Assembly (NCBI GenBank): GCA_051047955.1
Contig: JBPGPT010000021.1
Location: 186,001 to 250,000 of the forward strand
Source: Cystobasidiomycetes sp. EMM_F5
Lineage: Eukaryota
Reading direction: 5' to 3'
DNA length: 64,000 nucleotides
Below are positions 37,528-51,605 of this stretch, piece by piece. A model generated the notes under the pieces. That model saw nothing but the letters and a program-made list of their open reading frames with translations. It was not told the DNA's origin and searched no databases. The position numbers and the translations under genes are program-made. The stretch's first letter is position 1. Every line of letters starts with the position of its first letter.

Positions 37528-40500
37528 TCACTCGTAGACGCAGTAACGCGGTGACCTTGTCATAACGACCTCAGCAGGCAATCCCGTTGCCGTTGTCAAC
37601 GAACTACCAAATCTGCACCCACCTTTTGACCCATCTCCACGTTGTTCAAACATGGCTGCTCGGGCTCGCACGCCAGCAGGTCCAGCGGGGAGCGGACTGC
37701 CAGTCGGAGAAGTAACGCTGAGAGGGCTTGTGCTGGATGGCGAGACGCCGCCTGATGTAGACAGACCAGGCTGCATCGACATCGGACGAGGACCTCTGGT
37801 CAATTTCCCCGCAGGAGTTGATGATGATCCTGCACCAGTCGATCGCTGAAGTCGACGAGCACCACCGCCAGACCCGTGGGTGCTTCGAGGAAGATTGCCT
37901 TCTCCCACAATGTAAAGCGGCTTGTCGAGATCTTCGTCGTCCTCATCAGCCGCAGCAGGCAATATCTCGCTTGCAATCTTGTCAGGCCTGTAAGTCTCAT
38001 CCTCTAGCTTCTGCATGGTATTCCTTTCTTGGTTTTCCTGAACTTGCGTGTTTGCTACGGCGATAGCTGGTCGCTCAGCGTCTGAACTTTCGCCAGGTCC
38101 TGGGACGGAAATCTCCATAGGCTCCTGACTAAGAACCTGTTGCGAAAGCGCAGTCTCCTTGTGTTCTGCATGAAGGGGAGAAGCTGAAGCCTCAGCAATC
38201 ACCGCCTCTTGCTTCTCGGGTACCTGCGGTAGTTGCTCTGGCTCATTCGATATCTTGATGCCCGTCTTCTTTTCCATTTCCTCCTTCAATAGCCTCAGTT
38301 GACTCTCATCATCATGATGTTGTCCATTCTGTACTGACGACCGCGAAATACGCTCATCCACCATCTTTGTACGCTTACGCTTTGGTGCATACCTCTCCTC
38401 TTCCACTTTATCCTTCTTTGCCAGCGTGGTCGGCAAGAGGTGATCGTAGTGCCTTACAATATCCGAAAAGAACTGCATCGGGAACCGGTCGTTGAGCGTC
38501 TTGTGCGAGTCGTATGCCGGTCGCACAATACACGGCCCAAGGGTAGCTCCCAACTTGGACAGGTATTCAGCGCCATCATCTAGACTCTTCGTACTGTCTA
38601 TCAAGTTCTTCAGGTGCCTAACCACCGCGTCAAGAATGACAAGATGAATCTTGGGCATTCGATCCAAGAGCGCAAGCAAATCTGCCACGCGCTTATCCTC
38701 GTCGACTTGTTCGGCTCCAACTATATTTGTAAATACTTAGCAGGTTTTCTACCGTTCGCGCACAACGTCCTGAAACCTACCTGATGGATATGCCCCCTTT
38801 ACGTCATTATACATTGGCGAAGGGACAATTGCGACTGCGAGCTCCAGCAGCCACAGCTTGACGGTACTCGCGATTACGGGGAGATCAAATTTGCGCATCT
38901 CCCCTACAGGCAAAGCGCTAGCTGAGCTGTTGATCATATTTCGGAGACGATGCGTATACTGTAATGGGACATCGTATATCCAAGTCTTTCGGCGTTCTGC
39001 AGTATTTCTCGTCATTGTCATGCGACAGTGCGTAACACGAGAGATGCTACTCACCTTCGTCGCTCGACAGATTCGCATATCCATCTGCAAGCGCATCCAA
39101 CAATTCTCTAAACACATCCGGCATCTTTTCAATCTGGTCATGCGTATCCCTCCAGTGTCTGAGGTCCAGACCGAATCGTACATCCGTCTGTTCGTGGTAT
39201 GCATCGATCCATACATTCGGTCTAGGTCTGAAGGGACCAGTTCGGTATCGCTCAATGATGGTGTTGACGTCGGACACGGGTTGGAAGGCTTCTTGGAGGA
39301 GGGCAGATCTCTCCGACGAGAGTTGTAGTGGTGTATTGAGTGAAGCTATGGTAGCGTTGTACGTTGTAAGCACGGATTTGAGAGCTTTCAGGCGATCCAT
39401 CTCCAGCTTTTGAGCACGAGACAGTGTTGTAGACGTCGTTTCTTCCAATACCATCCTGTATGCAGTGCCCCGTCGATGTTCACATCAGTAAACCAGACAC
39501 CGTCTCGATTACGGTGCCTACCTCAGCTCATCCAGCTCGCGTATACCGACTCTATAAGCCGCCTCGGCTTCATCTGCCTCCTTTTTGAGGCGTTCATACC
39601 TCCCATCTGCCGAGCCACTGCTCGCTTTGGCGATACGTGCATTCAGCGAGCTGACATTACTAGCGGCCATACCGTACGCTGTGGAGAGGTAAGATGTGAT
39701 AGTGCCTCCTCTTGCCAATAACGAAGCCGATGCCCCGCTCTCAACAGGACTAGCGGGTGAAGGTTCGTGCTCTGGGAGGGGAGGAAGCGGGGAATTTGCA
39801 ATTGCGTTCTTCGGACTGAGTACTGCACCTCCCGTCATTCCTTTTCTCTCTCGACTCGATTTTGGCATGTCTGTAAGCGGTCCTTCGTTGGCTCCGTCTT
39901 TTGGGTGATCTGATTCAACCTCCGCAGCGTTAATCTCCATCTGCACCTCATCAAGATGGAAGGCTTCAGGTCTCCAGGCGTAAAAGGCATCAGAAGAGTC
40001 TATAAACTTGTTTCCCAGCTCGCCGACCAATCGCAGGATAGACAATTCCTCGCTCAGCTGCCTGCAAAACTCGTGAGATCGTGACAGAGAACCACCGAGC
40101 TCGTCGAGATTTTCCCTAAACCACAGCACGAGATCCTCTCCGGAATGTGCGTCTGGTGTTGTACCGAGTAAGGGGACTTTGACGCTGTTGAAGAGAGAAA
40201 AAATGTAGAGATGCTGTGAATAACAATCGACTTTTCGAGAAGGATGCACGACTTACGCAGTCGTTGGGATTTTTGTCTTTGCTTGTGCAAAAATGATACT
40301 CCAGTCTTTTGGATGTTTTACGACTCTTCCGATCTCGAGCTCATCCACCCTTGCAAGGGTGGCAGCCGGCGATGTAGACGGCGCACCTACGCCGGCTTGC
40401 TTTTCGGCGCCCACAATCTCGGCTTTCTCCGACCCTTCCACCGGTTTGCCCTCTTCATCCACCAACTTTTCCTTGTCCAACGATAGCGAGGTAGCGGGAC

Positions 40501-41538
40501 TATCCGTATTACCACCTCTACTAGCCAGTTCCCTCTCCTTTGCTTCTGCTCTCATGCGCTCAAACCTCGTCTTTACGGCGGTTGTCGTAGGCGAGACTTT
40601 TAGCCTCTGACTAAAGCTTCTAGCGATTGACGACGCTGCGTGTGAAGCGCTCTGTGCAGCTTGAGCGGCTTGTTGAGCAGCTTGCGTTGCTGTCGCTGAC
40701 GCGGCAGTCGCAAACGCTTGAGAGGATGAGGACGCAGATGTGCTTGATGTGCTGCGAGCCCGAGGGGATTGGGCAGTGCCGGCTGACTTGGAAGAGGATG
40801 ATGAAGGTGGTGGTGGAGAAGAGGGCATGGGAGCGAATCGCAAGTCATCTTCTGCTTCGTCTGCTAGGTTACATTTTTGGGTTCGTGTGTCTTTGAGCTT
40901 GCGAACCTGCGAGTGAAGTTGTCAGAGTAGAGTGAAGAGGATGAAAAGTGAACGTGAACGTGCCTCGTTGCTCAGAGCCTCCCATTCTCCCACCAGCTCG
41001 TCCAGCCGCTCTTTGAGCTCGGTAATCCTCACTTCGTGCTGATCTGACCACGTCGTGAATGGGACGACTACCATTCCCTCCAGGTTACTCGCTACATTAT
41101 CGTGAGCTTTAGCGACCTGAGCAGTCTCGTACTTTAGTCCTGCATAGCATTTCGTAGAATGACGGGTTTCAGGCACACACACACCAATCAGCCAAGTGTG
41201 AGCCCGGCCGTCACCGAGTTGGCTGCCTCACCCTCTATCGTCCTCCTCAGGCTCGCTCCATCGTCCTTTGCAAATCCCGTCTTGCTAAACCTGACCTGTG
41301 CAATCTCGTCCAGTGACCGTGCCGTCGCTCGAGCCTGCTGAGCTCGTTCCTGCGTGTAAACCAGACTATCAGACTGGCCGGCACTACAACCCCGTTTATA
41401 TTACAATACCACACATACATTCACAAACCGCAACACTTCGCCATTCTCGACGACGCCTGCCCGGAGTTTGGCAAACAGGCCCGAGGTGTCGAATGCGGGC
41501 GACCAGAATGAGTTTGCAAAGGTGAGCGGGAGTGCCAT
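37528..41538 (-). CDS. F-BAR (FCH) and RhoGAP domain protein, Rgd2/Rga8-like (3' end approximate)
   Basis: N-terminal MALPLTFANSFWS, coiled-coil F-BAR, DEP-like segment (SGEDLVLWF), IERYRTGPFRP, and RhoGAP (RRKTWIYDVPL, VIASTVKLWLLEL, LDAVVRHL, GPCIVRP). Confidence 0.82.
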
Positions 41539-41822
41539 GGCTGGTGCAGCGCTGAAAAGTGCTCAGGTGCTCGACATGGGCGAGTGGTTGCAGTTGCAGT
41601 CTTGTCGGGTGTGTCGCAAGTTAGGGGCGATGACTATTATATGCAAGAGCACTGTACGCGCCAAAGCTTCAAATTGGATTAGAAGGACTAATAGAAAGGT
41701 GGTGGATGCATATAATGTGCACAATGTACGCTGTATTCTTTGTAAACTGCCGAGTCGCCATGACTTTATAAATTTTAATTCATTCTTGCGCTTCTTCAAA
41801 CAACACCCATCTCACTGTCGCC

Positions 41823-42986
41823 ATGACTTGCCGACTGTTGCTCCCTCGACTGCCCGCGCGGCTTACACCATCACCATCTATCAGCTCACCCTTCGCTCGA
41901 TGCTGCTACGCCTCGACGTCGTCCATTCCCACTCCAGAGCAGTTTCAGTCCTTCCATCCAGACTACGCTTCCAAGCGGCCAGCACCTTCGACGACAGACG
42001 AGCTGCGAGCAGACGCAAGCCAGACGAAGCAGGCAGAGATTACGCTGCGGAGGTTTTGGAAGCAGGTGGTTCTGTTGCAGGATGAGGAGAGCGGGTCATG
42101 GAGCGTACTGCTCGATAGGCGAGTACTAAAGACGCCGTCGCTCCAACCGCTCTCGCTGCCGAGGGAGAAGAGGACAGCAGCCATGGTCATTGCGCACGAG
42201 TGGGACAGGCAGAGCAAGCTTCTCAAGCCGCACAGTCTCCCGATGGTAAGTGATGGTCACGCCCGTTTCATGGATGAAGGCTTATCTGTGACTCACCTCA
42301 TACTCCTCGTCGTCGTTGTGCAGACCTCTCTAGCCTCTCGCGCAATAGACGGCCTGTCTGATCCGGTCACGAAAGCCCAGGTCATTCAGGTATTGAATCG
42401 CTACCTCCACACCGATACAGTGTGGTGAGCAACTAATACAATTGGATTTACATCCCTACTATTCACTGAACCTTGCGTCCCCTGGTTGCTAAACGCAGCT
42501 TCCTCGAATCTGGGAAATCGCAAGCTCTATCACGCCTACAAGAGCAGCACTGGACGCCCTTGATAAAGTGGGTTGAGGACACGTACAACGTCAAGATCCA
42601 AGTAGCCGAAGGGCAGCTGTTCAATCGGCAATCCGAAGAGACTGTCAGAGCTCTGGCTGCGGTAGTGGAAAAGTACGATGCCTTCAAGCTCGCGGGGTTC
42701 GAGAGAGCAGTCATGGCGAGCAAGTCGTACCTCATCGCTCTAGGGATCGCAGAAGGTTTCCTTACGGCAGATCAGGCGGCTCAGGCAGCGCATGTTGAAG
42801 TGCAGAGTCAGATTGATAGGTGGGGCGAAGTGGAGGACAGTGAGTCGCTTAAACGATGGGTGTCGTCAGACTGCAGATTGACACAAAATCTTATCCTCCA
42901 CAGCACATGATGTAGACCACCAAGATATCCGGGTAAGATTAGGGTCAGCGGCCTTGATAGTCGGGCCATTAGATATTAAGCACTAG
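41823..42986 (+). CDS. ATP12: Mitochondrial F1-ATPase assembly factor Atp12
   Basis: Presequence-like N-terminus, LRRFWKQV, LLDRRVLKTP, TSLASRAID, YLHTDT and QIDRWGEVED|THDVD motifs. Confidence 0.93.
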
Positions 42987-43056
42987 AAGGAGAAACCAAG
43001 CATGTAGCCTACAACGACAATTTCATGCTATCGACCGCTATGCACTCTTTGTACTC

Positions 43057-46000
43057 TTACTGCGCACCTTCACACATTAACACAGCGAGCGGAGCGCCCC
43101 AGTCCGCCGTCACTACACCATTGACACGTCCGTACACGTCGTCCAGCGCATCTCGCCAAGCTCGCACAGCATGCATCTGACTGCCCTTCTTGACTGCACT
43201 CTTCTCCCTCTGTTCAATGAGATACCCCCACCACGCTAGCAGCGACGTCACCTTCTCCACGTCCGCCCCGTTCGATCCATTTTTGGCAGGGTCGCGAGAA
43301 GCCGTGCGTACGCAAAATGTTGCGAAATCGCCCACTTCCTCCAAAGCTGGTCCATGGTCTATTCCCACACCATCCATCCATGCACTTAGTAATTGCCGAA
43401 TCTCCTTGGCTCCACTCTGTCCGGCAAATGTCGGCGGCCCTCTTTCTTTCTTCTTCTTGTTTACATCATCGTGTCTGAATAAACCCAATTTGAGCAGTGT
43501 CGGTCCTCGAATAGCACGTTCCTGTTTTTCTCTCTGCCTCTTCTTTGCCTCTTCGCGCTTGGCAACATTCGCAGCCGCTTCCTCAAACACGGGCGCCAGT
43601 GTCGACTTTTGCTTTTTGCCCTTCTTGACGCGTGCAGCAACAACCAGCATCTCACGTACGCTGTCGTCGTCTGTCCTCCTCGCGAGAACTTCTTGCAGAA
43701 CCTGAGATTGCGTGTCCCTTCCGCATGATCGGAAGAAGTTCACATCGAGGCCGAGGAGCGATAATTGTTTGTCTGTCAGTCGCGTAGGGCTCTTGACAAC
43801 CACTGTCGGTGCTTGGTTCACGACAGAGACTACAGGCGATGTGGCAGGGATGATAATGGGTTTCGGGGGGACAGACGTAGATTTCGCTCGCTTGACAATT
43901 TGTGCACCCCCAAATATAGCTTGCGCATTCTTGGGCTTTACGATAAATCCAGCTGGCATTTGACTGAGTACCCGCAAGTCATCTTCGTCAGAAGCGACAT
44001 CGTTGTATTTGACATCCTTTTTCGCTCGAAGGGTTCGCGTATGCTCTACCAACTGCTGCTTCGATACCTCGGGAGAGGAGGAATCTTCGATGAGGATTGA
44101 CGTTTCGTGCGTATCGAGAGGCACAGCTGCTGTTCCTTTATCTGCAATCACATCTGCCATTGATGCTTGTTTGTCCTTGTCTTTAGCGGCTGCCTGAAAA
44201 ACGAGTCGGCTCTGACCATCAGTAGGTGCAGCCGCTCCCACTGCCAGAGCACTCTCCAGCTTCTGCATTTGTAATCCGATACCGCGGAGTTCTTGAGGCG
44301 GAATCTTGAGACTTCGCATCAAATCCCATGCTGTACGACCGATATAGGCGGCTTCATTTGTGAGTTCTACAGTCTTTGATGCATTGAATGTATCGCATGT
44401 TCCATGCCCCATGAATTTGGGTGGCTCAATCTGGATGACTGGCACTTAGTCTGTTTTGAAGTCGCAAACGGCTTTCCTCAACTCACGGGAGCAGTTGTAG
44501 ATCTTCGCATGACTTTCAGTGTCAATTGTCGGCCCTTAAACTCGAGATTCGTCAAGCGAACAGCAACCTCTTTGCCAAGACCTATCATGAAGGTCTCTAC
44601 TTCCTTGTCGGACTTGAAGCGGATGCCATACTGTACGACACGCTGCCGAAATCAGCATTCCTGCTCGTAAATCCCTGCATCTCGACCTACGTTCACTTCC
44701 GCACTGACGCTCTTGCGGACGTTTTCTGTCTCCAGCTCGCGACTGTCAACACCTCGAGCATAGTAGTACAGCATCTCTCCCGTCTTCTCGCCCAGCGCCT
44801 CTTTGAGCTGGTTGAGCTTGAAATGCCGGAGGTGTCCTACACGGTCGAATCCGACTTCTGTCTCGGGCCCATCTACTGCCCGTCCATCTGGCTTTTGTGC
44901 GAAATGACCAGTCTTGAGTCGTCTATTCAATTCTTGAAGCTTCGTCTCGACATCGCCCGCCCGCTTCCATCCAATCTGTGGCAGGGTTTCGATGTCGATA
45001 TCCCGCAGAAAGTCGTCAATATCTTTATGTGTCGCATCTGTCCCATTACCGATTTGAAAAGCCGAACTCGGCTTTGCGCGGTTCGTCGCTAGACGGGCGA
45101 GTAGCTTGTTATGCGACACACCTATCGAAGTCTGACAGCCCGTAGCAGAGAGAATTTCCGCTCGAATTGATTCAGCATATTCGAGCAGCTGCTTGCCAGT
45201 ACGTTGCGGAGTAATTTGCGGGAGAGAGATGTAGGCCTCGTCAATCGAAACGGCCTCTAGCTCATTTGCGTGTGAAAAGAGAATAGTGTAGAATTTGCTT
45301 GATATACTGCGATATAGCTCAAAATCGTACGGAACCGTATGGAGTCCCGGACAGCGCGACCGTGCAGAACCCAAGCTCATGCCATTCTTGATGCCAAATT
45401 CCCTTGCCTCGTAGGAAGCGCTTGCAATTTCTGACGATGAGCCTACATCCTCGGCATTGGAATGGCATACGACGACTGGCTGTCCTTTCAGATGCGGCCG
45501 AGCAAGAAGGGATGCAGCGACGAAGAACGAGTCAAAGTCGACGTGCATTATGACTCTTCCATCGCGCTCGTCACCATGCAGTAACTGCTTCTTCTTCCTC
45601 CCGTCACCAATATCAATCTCGCGACCTTCGGACAATTCGCCCACCATCTTTTTAAGCTCAGCCTTCCACGTACTCAACCAGTGCAACCGAGATTCGCGGT
45701 AGTACTTTTCTAAAAACTCGGTCGTATTGACTGCCGTTTCGTTGAGCCGCCATTGTTCGTCGCGCATGAGTTCAGCAGCTTTGGCATTAGATTTACTGGG
45801 ATACCAGTTTTCAGTGATATAGTCTGGCTGTCGTCCCACTGCTTCGGCCGCAGCATTGCCCTCGACGTGAATTAGCGATATTGGATCACTCGTTGGTGGC
45901 GGAAGTCGTTTCGGAGATTGCTTGACGGGTGTCGTGAGTACACTTGAACGCTTGGGGGACGCGTGATTATCTGAAGCATTCTTGGTATCGTTGATCTTAT

Positions 46001-46962
46001 TGATAATGGCCTTCGATGCGGTTGCGCCAAACGAAAGCTTGGGCTGAGCTATTTGCGTACCCGGAAAGGCATCTGTCGAGCGCATCACGGACCCATCCTC
46101 GCGGTATGCCCTCCAATCCTTGATCTTCTGATCACGGATACTGTCGAGCAACCACGCTGCCGTCACAACCTTGTAGTCTTTAAATTGAATGCGCTTGGAC
46201 GGCGTAAGACGAGATGCTATAATGTGGGTGGCTATGGTCTTCTGGTCAAGATAGGGCGTGTATACCCCGCCGTGTAGGACAATCATGTTGCTGAGCACAT
46301 GAGCTGGAGGTTCTGTTTCGCCATTGATCTGGTAAGAGCAGAGTGAATTAGCGTATTCGACACTTGGAAGACCGTGAGGGACATTCGCCTACGTAGATCT
46401 TTAATCCCCTCAGCAAATTTGACGTCTGCTCCTCATCTGCATTCCTCCGCGTTGCACCCTGTTGGACGCTCAATTTCCTCCGCTTGTTCTGCATGTACTT
46501 TCCAAACTCCCCAAACTTGATTGCGCCGTAGAATTGCTGCCCCTCGTAGGCTTCATGCTGCTCTGCCTGAGCCTCCTCGAGTTCACGGTCGGGATTGAAT
46601 GTATATTCGTCTTCGTCGTCGGCATGTTCAGGGAAAGTGTTTTGCAAGTCACGACTGGTCTTTACAAGTGCATTTGCAATTGTTGAAGTCTCCACAGTGC
46701 CAAAGCTGACACTACGTCCGTCGGCATCGCGTTTGTTTACCCGTGGCGTGGCAAGCATTGACGATGACCCAGCGTCATTGCGGACGGTTGGGAAGCGGGT
46801 AGCAGTGTTTGAGGGTGCAGCAGCATTGGTATATGTGCGCCCAGCTCCATCCCTGAGCGCATCCTGCGACTCGAGCTGCTCAAGCAAGGCTGCCGTCGCA
46901 TCTTGGTCGGCCGCCTCGTCTGTCTGCCAGTAGATGTCGGAAGACTGAGCTTGCAGAGGCAT
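43057..46962 (-). CDS. REV1: Y-family translesion polymerase / deoxycytidyl transferase Rev1
   Basis: N-terminal BRCT (HGG.Y...THIIA...VVTAAWLLDSI), YYRESRLHWLSTWK, MHVDFDSFF, IASASYEAR, AVSIDEA, RKSVSAEVN, KFMGHGTCD, and a Rev1 C-terminal domain. Confidence 0.95.
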
Positions 46963-47348
46963 AGCAGCAGCCACGTTGAGCTCAGTGAATCAAGAGTACA
47001 GCATAGTATGAGAAGTTTCAGCGATGGCAAGTCGATATATTGACTTCGAGGAAAGCCAGGCAATGCTTGACGCTGGCAAGCGGGACTTTTCCAAAACACC
47101 TGGCGCATTCAACGAGGAGTTGACTAGGTTACACAGGACCAAAGTACGCTGATAGTTTATATTGAATGCTCCGTACTGCGTTGGTTGCCCGTTCTGATAA
47201 CATGGCTATCGACGGCATCTGACAGCAGTGGCTCCTGCCGACCCGCCGGGTGGGACAATTCTCCAGGCGTCGACGTAGACGAAAGCAGCGAGACTGGATC
47301 TTACTTCTGTCAAATCTGATAATATCTGTTCTCCGAAAGTACAGAAGC

Positions 47349-48313
47349 ATGGTCGCCGCAGGAGGGGGAGATGCATCGGCAACGTCGCAGGTCGAGACGC
47401 AGCACAGGCTATTCCCTGGGCATCCCGGACAACGACCTGGTAATACCTCTCCAGCACTCATCATCGTCATGGGAGTGAGCGGATGCGGAAAATCAACTGG
47501 TGAGCTTGTTTGTATATGTTCAAGTTGGCGAATGTTGACTTTGTCGGACAATACAGTCGGAGAAGCGATAGCTCGCAAGTTTCGCATACGCTTCGTGGAT
47601 GGAGATAGTCTGCATCCGAAAGCAAATATTGAAAAGATGTCGAGAGGGGAGCCGTTGAATGACCAAGATAGGACACCGTGGCTCAACATTATCCGCAAGG
47701 AAGCAGCTAAACTCACAACGAGGGAAGCCCTCAAGGAGTTTTATGATGGACACAACCTCAAAGACCCACAACAACCGCGGGCTGGTATCGTGATTGCGTG
47801 CTCGGCGCTCAAAAAGAGCTATAGAGATATGCTGCGGGGCAGCACTGGAACGACGGAGCTGGACAAGAGCCACGCAAATCTTGAGACTTATTTTGTATTC
47901 CGTGCGTATATTTTCGAATATATATACTGCGCGTCAATCCAAGTCTGACGTCTGACGACGCAGTAAACGGGTCAAGAGAGGTCCTTCTAGAGCGGATGCA
48001 GCACCGGAAAAACCATTTCTTTGCAGCGAAAATGCTAGACTCGCAGCTTGATACATTGGAGTTGTGCGTGAATGTTTGTCTGTGTTTTGCGTCGAGGCTG
48101 CTGACCAATAATGCTGTCAGACCTTCGGAAGAAGAAGCCAATACTCAGGGCATCATCGAGGTATCAATAGAGAAGGAGGCAGAGGACGTTATTGTTGACG
48201 CTTGCAAGAGGGTCAGCGATATAGTCGGCTTCCGTGTGGTTGATGAGGATCAGCTTCAGCTTGCCGAGGACGAGAAGCGGCGAATTAAAGAGAAGCTCAA
48301 GGACGGGCATTGA
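47349..48313 (+). CDS. IDNK: Gluconokinase (GntK/IdnK type)
   Basis: P-loop MGVSGCGKST, DGDSLHP.ANIEKM..G.PL.D.DR.PWL, IACSALKKSYR, and HFF...MLDSQLDTLE. Confidence 0.92.
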
Positions 48314-48546
48314 GGAGATTTAGTCGGAGTGCTGTGTATCGTATATGTGGATAGAAGTGCAATCTTCTATGTAACCTCTATCCATCTTTATATTCTCTTT
48401 TTGTATGACCGGCTTGAGCTTGCTCTCACCAAGCGGGCAGCTGGCCAGAGCTGAGGGCAGCTGCTCGTCTTTACAACAGACTGCGAGCAGCCAGCACTGG
48501 GCCGGCTGAGGCGACAGTGTCAATCCGTAATTATTCTGCCCAAACC

Positions 48547-50603
48547 ATGTCGCACCATCCACTCGGCGGGCTGTACAAGCTGTCCAAGCCTATTCCAGCG
48601 TGGGAGAAGGGCAGCAAGGTCAGCGACACGAGCGAGGATGACTTTGTGGACGGCTACTACGACAGCAGCGATGTGAGTAGCGAGGCCGTGTATGGCATTG
48701 ACAGCTCCGACAGCGAGAGTGCCAATAATGTCCGCATTGTTGATGCCGACAAGACGCCGCGAAAGAAGCAACTTTCAAAGACAAAGCCAAAGCTCGACAA
48801 GGGTAAAGGGAAAGCTGTAGACGGACAGTCTGAGAATGCCAATGAGCAGACGACACCGGTACTCCCATCAAACAGTCCCGCTGCGAGCTCTGCCAAAGCG
48901 AAACAGCCGTCCAGCCGCCCCAGCTCGAGCAGGCAGTATCGTCCTCGTGCGGGCTCATCGTCGCGACATTCCTCCCTGTCCATCTCTCCAGCTCGCTCTC
49001 AAGATCATATCCCTGCCCTCGATGTCACCGCGCCAGTGGCAGCGTCTGCACCAGGTTCCGCAGCCAAGTCCTTTTCGTCATTTACGAAGGAAGCCGCTCA
49101 AATGTCTGGTAATGGCATGTGCCCTACTTCAACCGCAAGTAACGCGCCTTCTTCAAGCTTCAGCAGAGTACCTATGCAAAGAAGCAACGCTAGTCCCGGT
49201 GGCTTGTTGTCCGCGTCTCCCTTAGCCGCTCCTCCAGTCCTAGGAGCTCGCACGTTCGCATCGCATGCTCGTAGGCAATCCAGAGGCCTTGGAAGAGCTC
49301 AGTCTGCTCCTATGAGCGTCTTTGGAGGGTCGGCTCCGTCTCCCAAAACGCCAAGCACAAGCTTCAGCAGGTCCACATATACCAAAACACCTCGTTCTGC
49401 ACACCAGCCGCTTCCTTCCGGCGAGACTTTTGAATCGAGTGATACAGAGGAGATTGAACAGCCTAGCGATACCGACAGTCTGGATGCGAGGGAGCTCGAA
49501 ATGGCAGTAGAGGAGGTTATACAGCGAGCTTTCGATACGAGAGACGGTAACGTCGAGCTAGTGTGAGCGCCTTCATATGTTCAATGACAAGCATTCCGTC
49601 GCTTATGTAGTCTATGAATATACGCAGCGGAAAATCTCTGGCATCCATTCCTGCCAGCATTGCCGACCTGTCCAAGATTATTTCGCTCGACCCGAAGACT
49701 GGGCAAAGCGTAATGACCGATGTCCGGCTATACCTCACAAACAACTTCATCACGTCATCAGGACTACCGCAAGAGCTATTTCACATGCAAAACCTCTCGA
49801 CGCTTGGTCTCCGATCCAACCAGATCCGAGAGCTACCGCAAAGCATCGAGAATCTCAAGAGCTTGCGAGAGTTAGTCTTGTTCAACAACAAGCTGACCTA
49901 CCTGCCTGCAGAGATCCTGTCTTTGCGTCTTGAAAATCTGAATATTGGCAGTAATCCTTTTGTGCGATATCCAGCAACTCTCACAAGTGACGACAGTCCT
50001 GTGGAAAAGACAAATGATGTGGAGTCATCAAACAGAAAGCACCGCTGCGAGCCTCGCCGAGCAAACTTCGCAATGCCTTCTCTGGTCGAATTAGTCACGC
50101 GAAAACTGCTCGAACCGCTACCTTCCGCTTCCCGAACAGCCAGCAGCATTCCCAGTCCGTCGGTCAAGCGCTATTTCCACCTTTACAAGGATGAGGCAAT
50201 TTCACCTAGGACGGATACTGTTCCTCTTCCCCCTCACCTGCTGAAACCCTTCCTGCCTTTGCTTCGCCCAAGTCTGCCACAGCATCTACGCTCATTTGCA
50301 GCAGAATGCGATCGAATATCAGAACAGACTCCACCGTCATCACCTTCAGACACAAAGATCGCTCGTCTTGCGGACTTGGAGGCTATTGTGCATCAGCGCC
50401 AAACAAGGGGCGGCGGTAATTGGCGAGACCTCCTGCTCTGTAGCGTATGCAAGACGGCTTGTGCAGAGTTGGCAGAGACTCGCGTCGAATGGCGAAACGA
50501 GATCGCTGGCGTCAAGCTAGCATCTGACAAGGACAAGAACGAATGGATTCCCCTGCTATGGCGAGGTTGCAGTACTCAGTGCCTCGATTTTCTGGATCAG
50601 TAG
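48547..50603 (+). CDS. Leucine-rich repeat protein with a disordered Ser-rich N-terminus and a C-terminal Cys cluster
   Basis: LxxLxLxxN repeats (LSTLGLRSNQI, LRELVLFNNKL, LENLNIGSNP), PSLVEL box, CSVC...WRGCSTQC. Intron at ~49563-49628. Confidence 0.8.
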
Positions 50604-50818
50604 CTGTATCATGCTTGTCACGACATTTCTCAGTATTTCGCCATTTAGTCCAGCATGCTATTCTTCGTCTTTGCATCAGTAGTTGCTGTATTTCAGTATG
50701 CCCGGATACATGATATCTAACGTTCGGTGGGTAAAATGCAATGTCATGCTTATCGCAGTCAAACGGGCTCTGTGTTACAAGCGCACTATGCTGACAGCCG
50801 AGTTGGCAACCTACTAAT

Positions 50819-51264
50819 CTATGACGACTGACTAGGGTGACGAGATGTGGGCTGAGAAGGTGGATCCCGTCTACGGCCAAGTCGCCCAATTTGCTGTGCG
50901 AGTCCATTAATACAACCGCAGAGGAGAAACGAGTCTGCTCTACAGCATGCGTTGTGAGCTCGCCTTATCCAGGATGCGTACTGACTTGGACCACCTGCGT
51001 CCGATGGACCGCGCGGGAATATTTCGTAGTCCTCCATTGTGGTTCTCCTGGAAGCTGGTGGTCTAGTATGAACCGAGATTAGATTGACTTCTATACCATT
51101 TCAGATGAGAACGGAGCTCACCTCTGTGGCTTAGTATTTGGGCGAGTATTGCCAGCTTGTCCTGCCTTACGAGAAGAGCTCTTGCGCGATAGCGAGGGCT
51201 TTGTGGACGATTCGGGCAGCAACGGCACCCTGGTTTGGGATTCTTGGGAGGCGTTTCGGCTCAT
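50819..51264 (-). CDS. Small 128-aa uncharacterised protein, paralog B (exons 51264-51122 and 51062-50819)
   Basis: MSRNASQESQTRVPLL...; phase-2 intron gtgagc...ctaat...tag; exon 2 IFPR...GP...SWIRRAHNACC. Homologous to the adjacent gene. Confidence 0.7.
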
Positions 51265-51605
51265 GTCTTGGCTTTCGATCCAGTATGTAGCTCCACAGAG
51301 CTGTCGGCGATGACCGCGTTACTGATAAGTTGAAGGTGGCCGGATAAGGAGGATACGTCAGAGAGTAAAGGTGGAGGGCGGTCCCAGATGAATTGCCGAT
51401 TCATGCACTTGTAAAGGCGATGGCAGGCTGTAGGCCAACACCGCCTCAACGCAGCGAAGGCTATGTGGTGAACACGTCAGCAGCGTTATGCATGTGTGGT
51501 TCAACAGGGCAAGCAGCTCCTGGTGTGTGGGCATTGTGCGTCACTCGTGAAGGGCACAGGACAAATGGTTACACGTAGCAGCCATGCTTGCTTTGGTTTT
51601 GCTAC

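Noticed and set aside
3968..46962. POL3, BRN1 and REV1 as a genome-maintenance cluster
   Set aside because: They are separated by many unrelated housekeeping genes, which is compatible with random gene order.
50836..51282. Plus-strand chain of AG/GT-bounded segments that can be spliced into an open frame
   Set aside because: It is antisense to paralog B, whose minus-strand model is independently supported by homology to paralog A. The peptide is unrecognisable.
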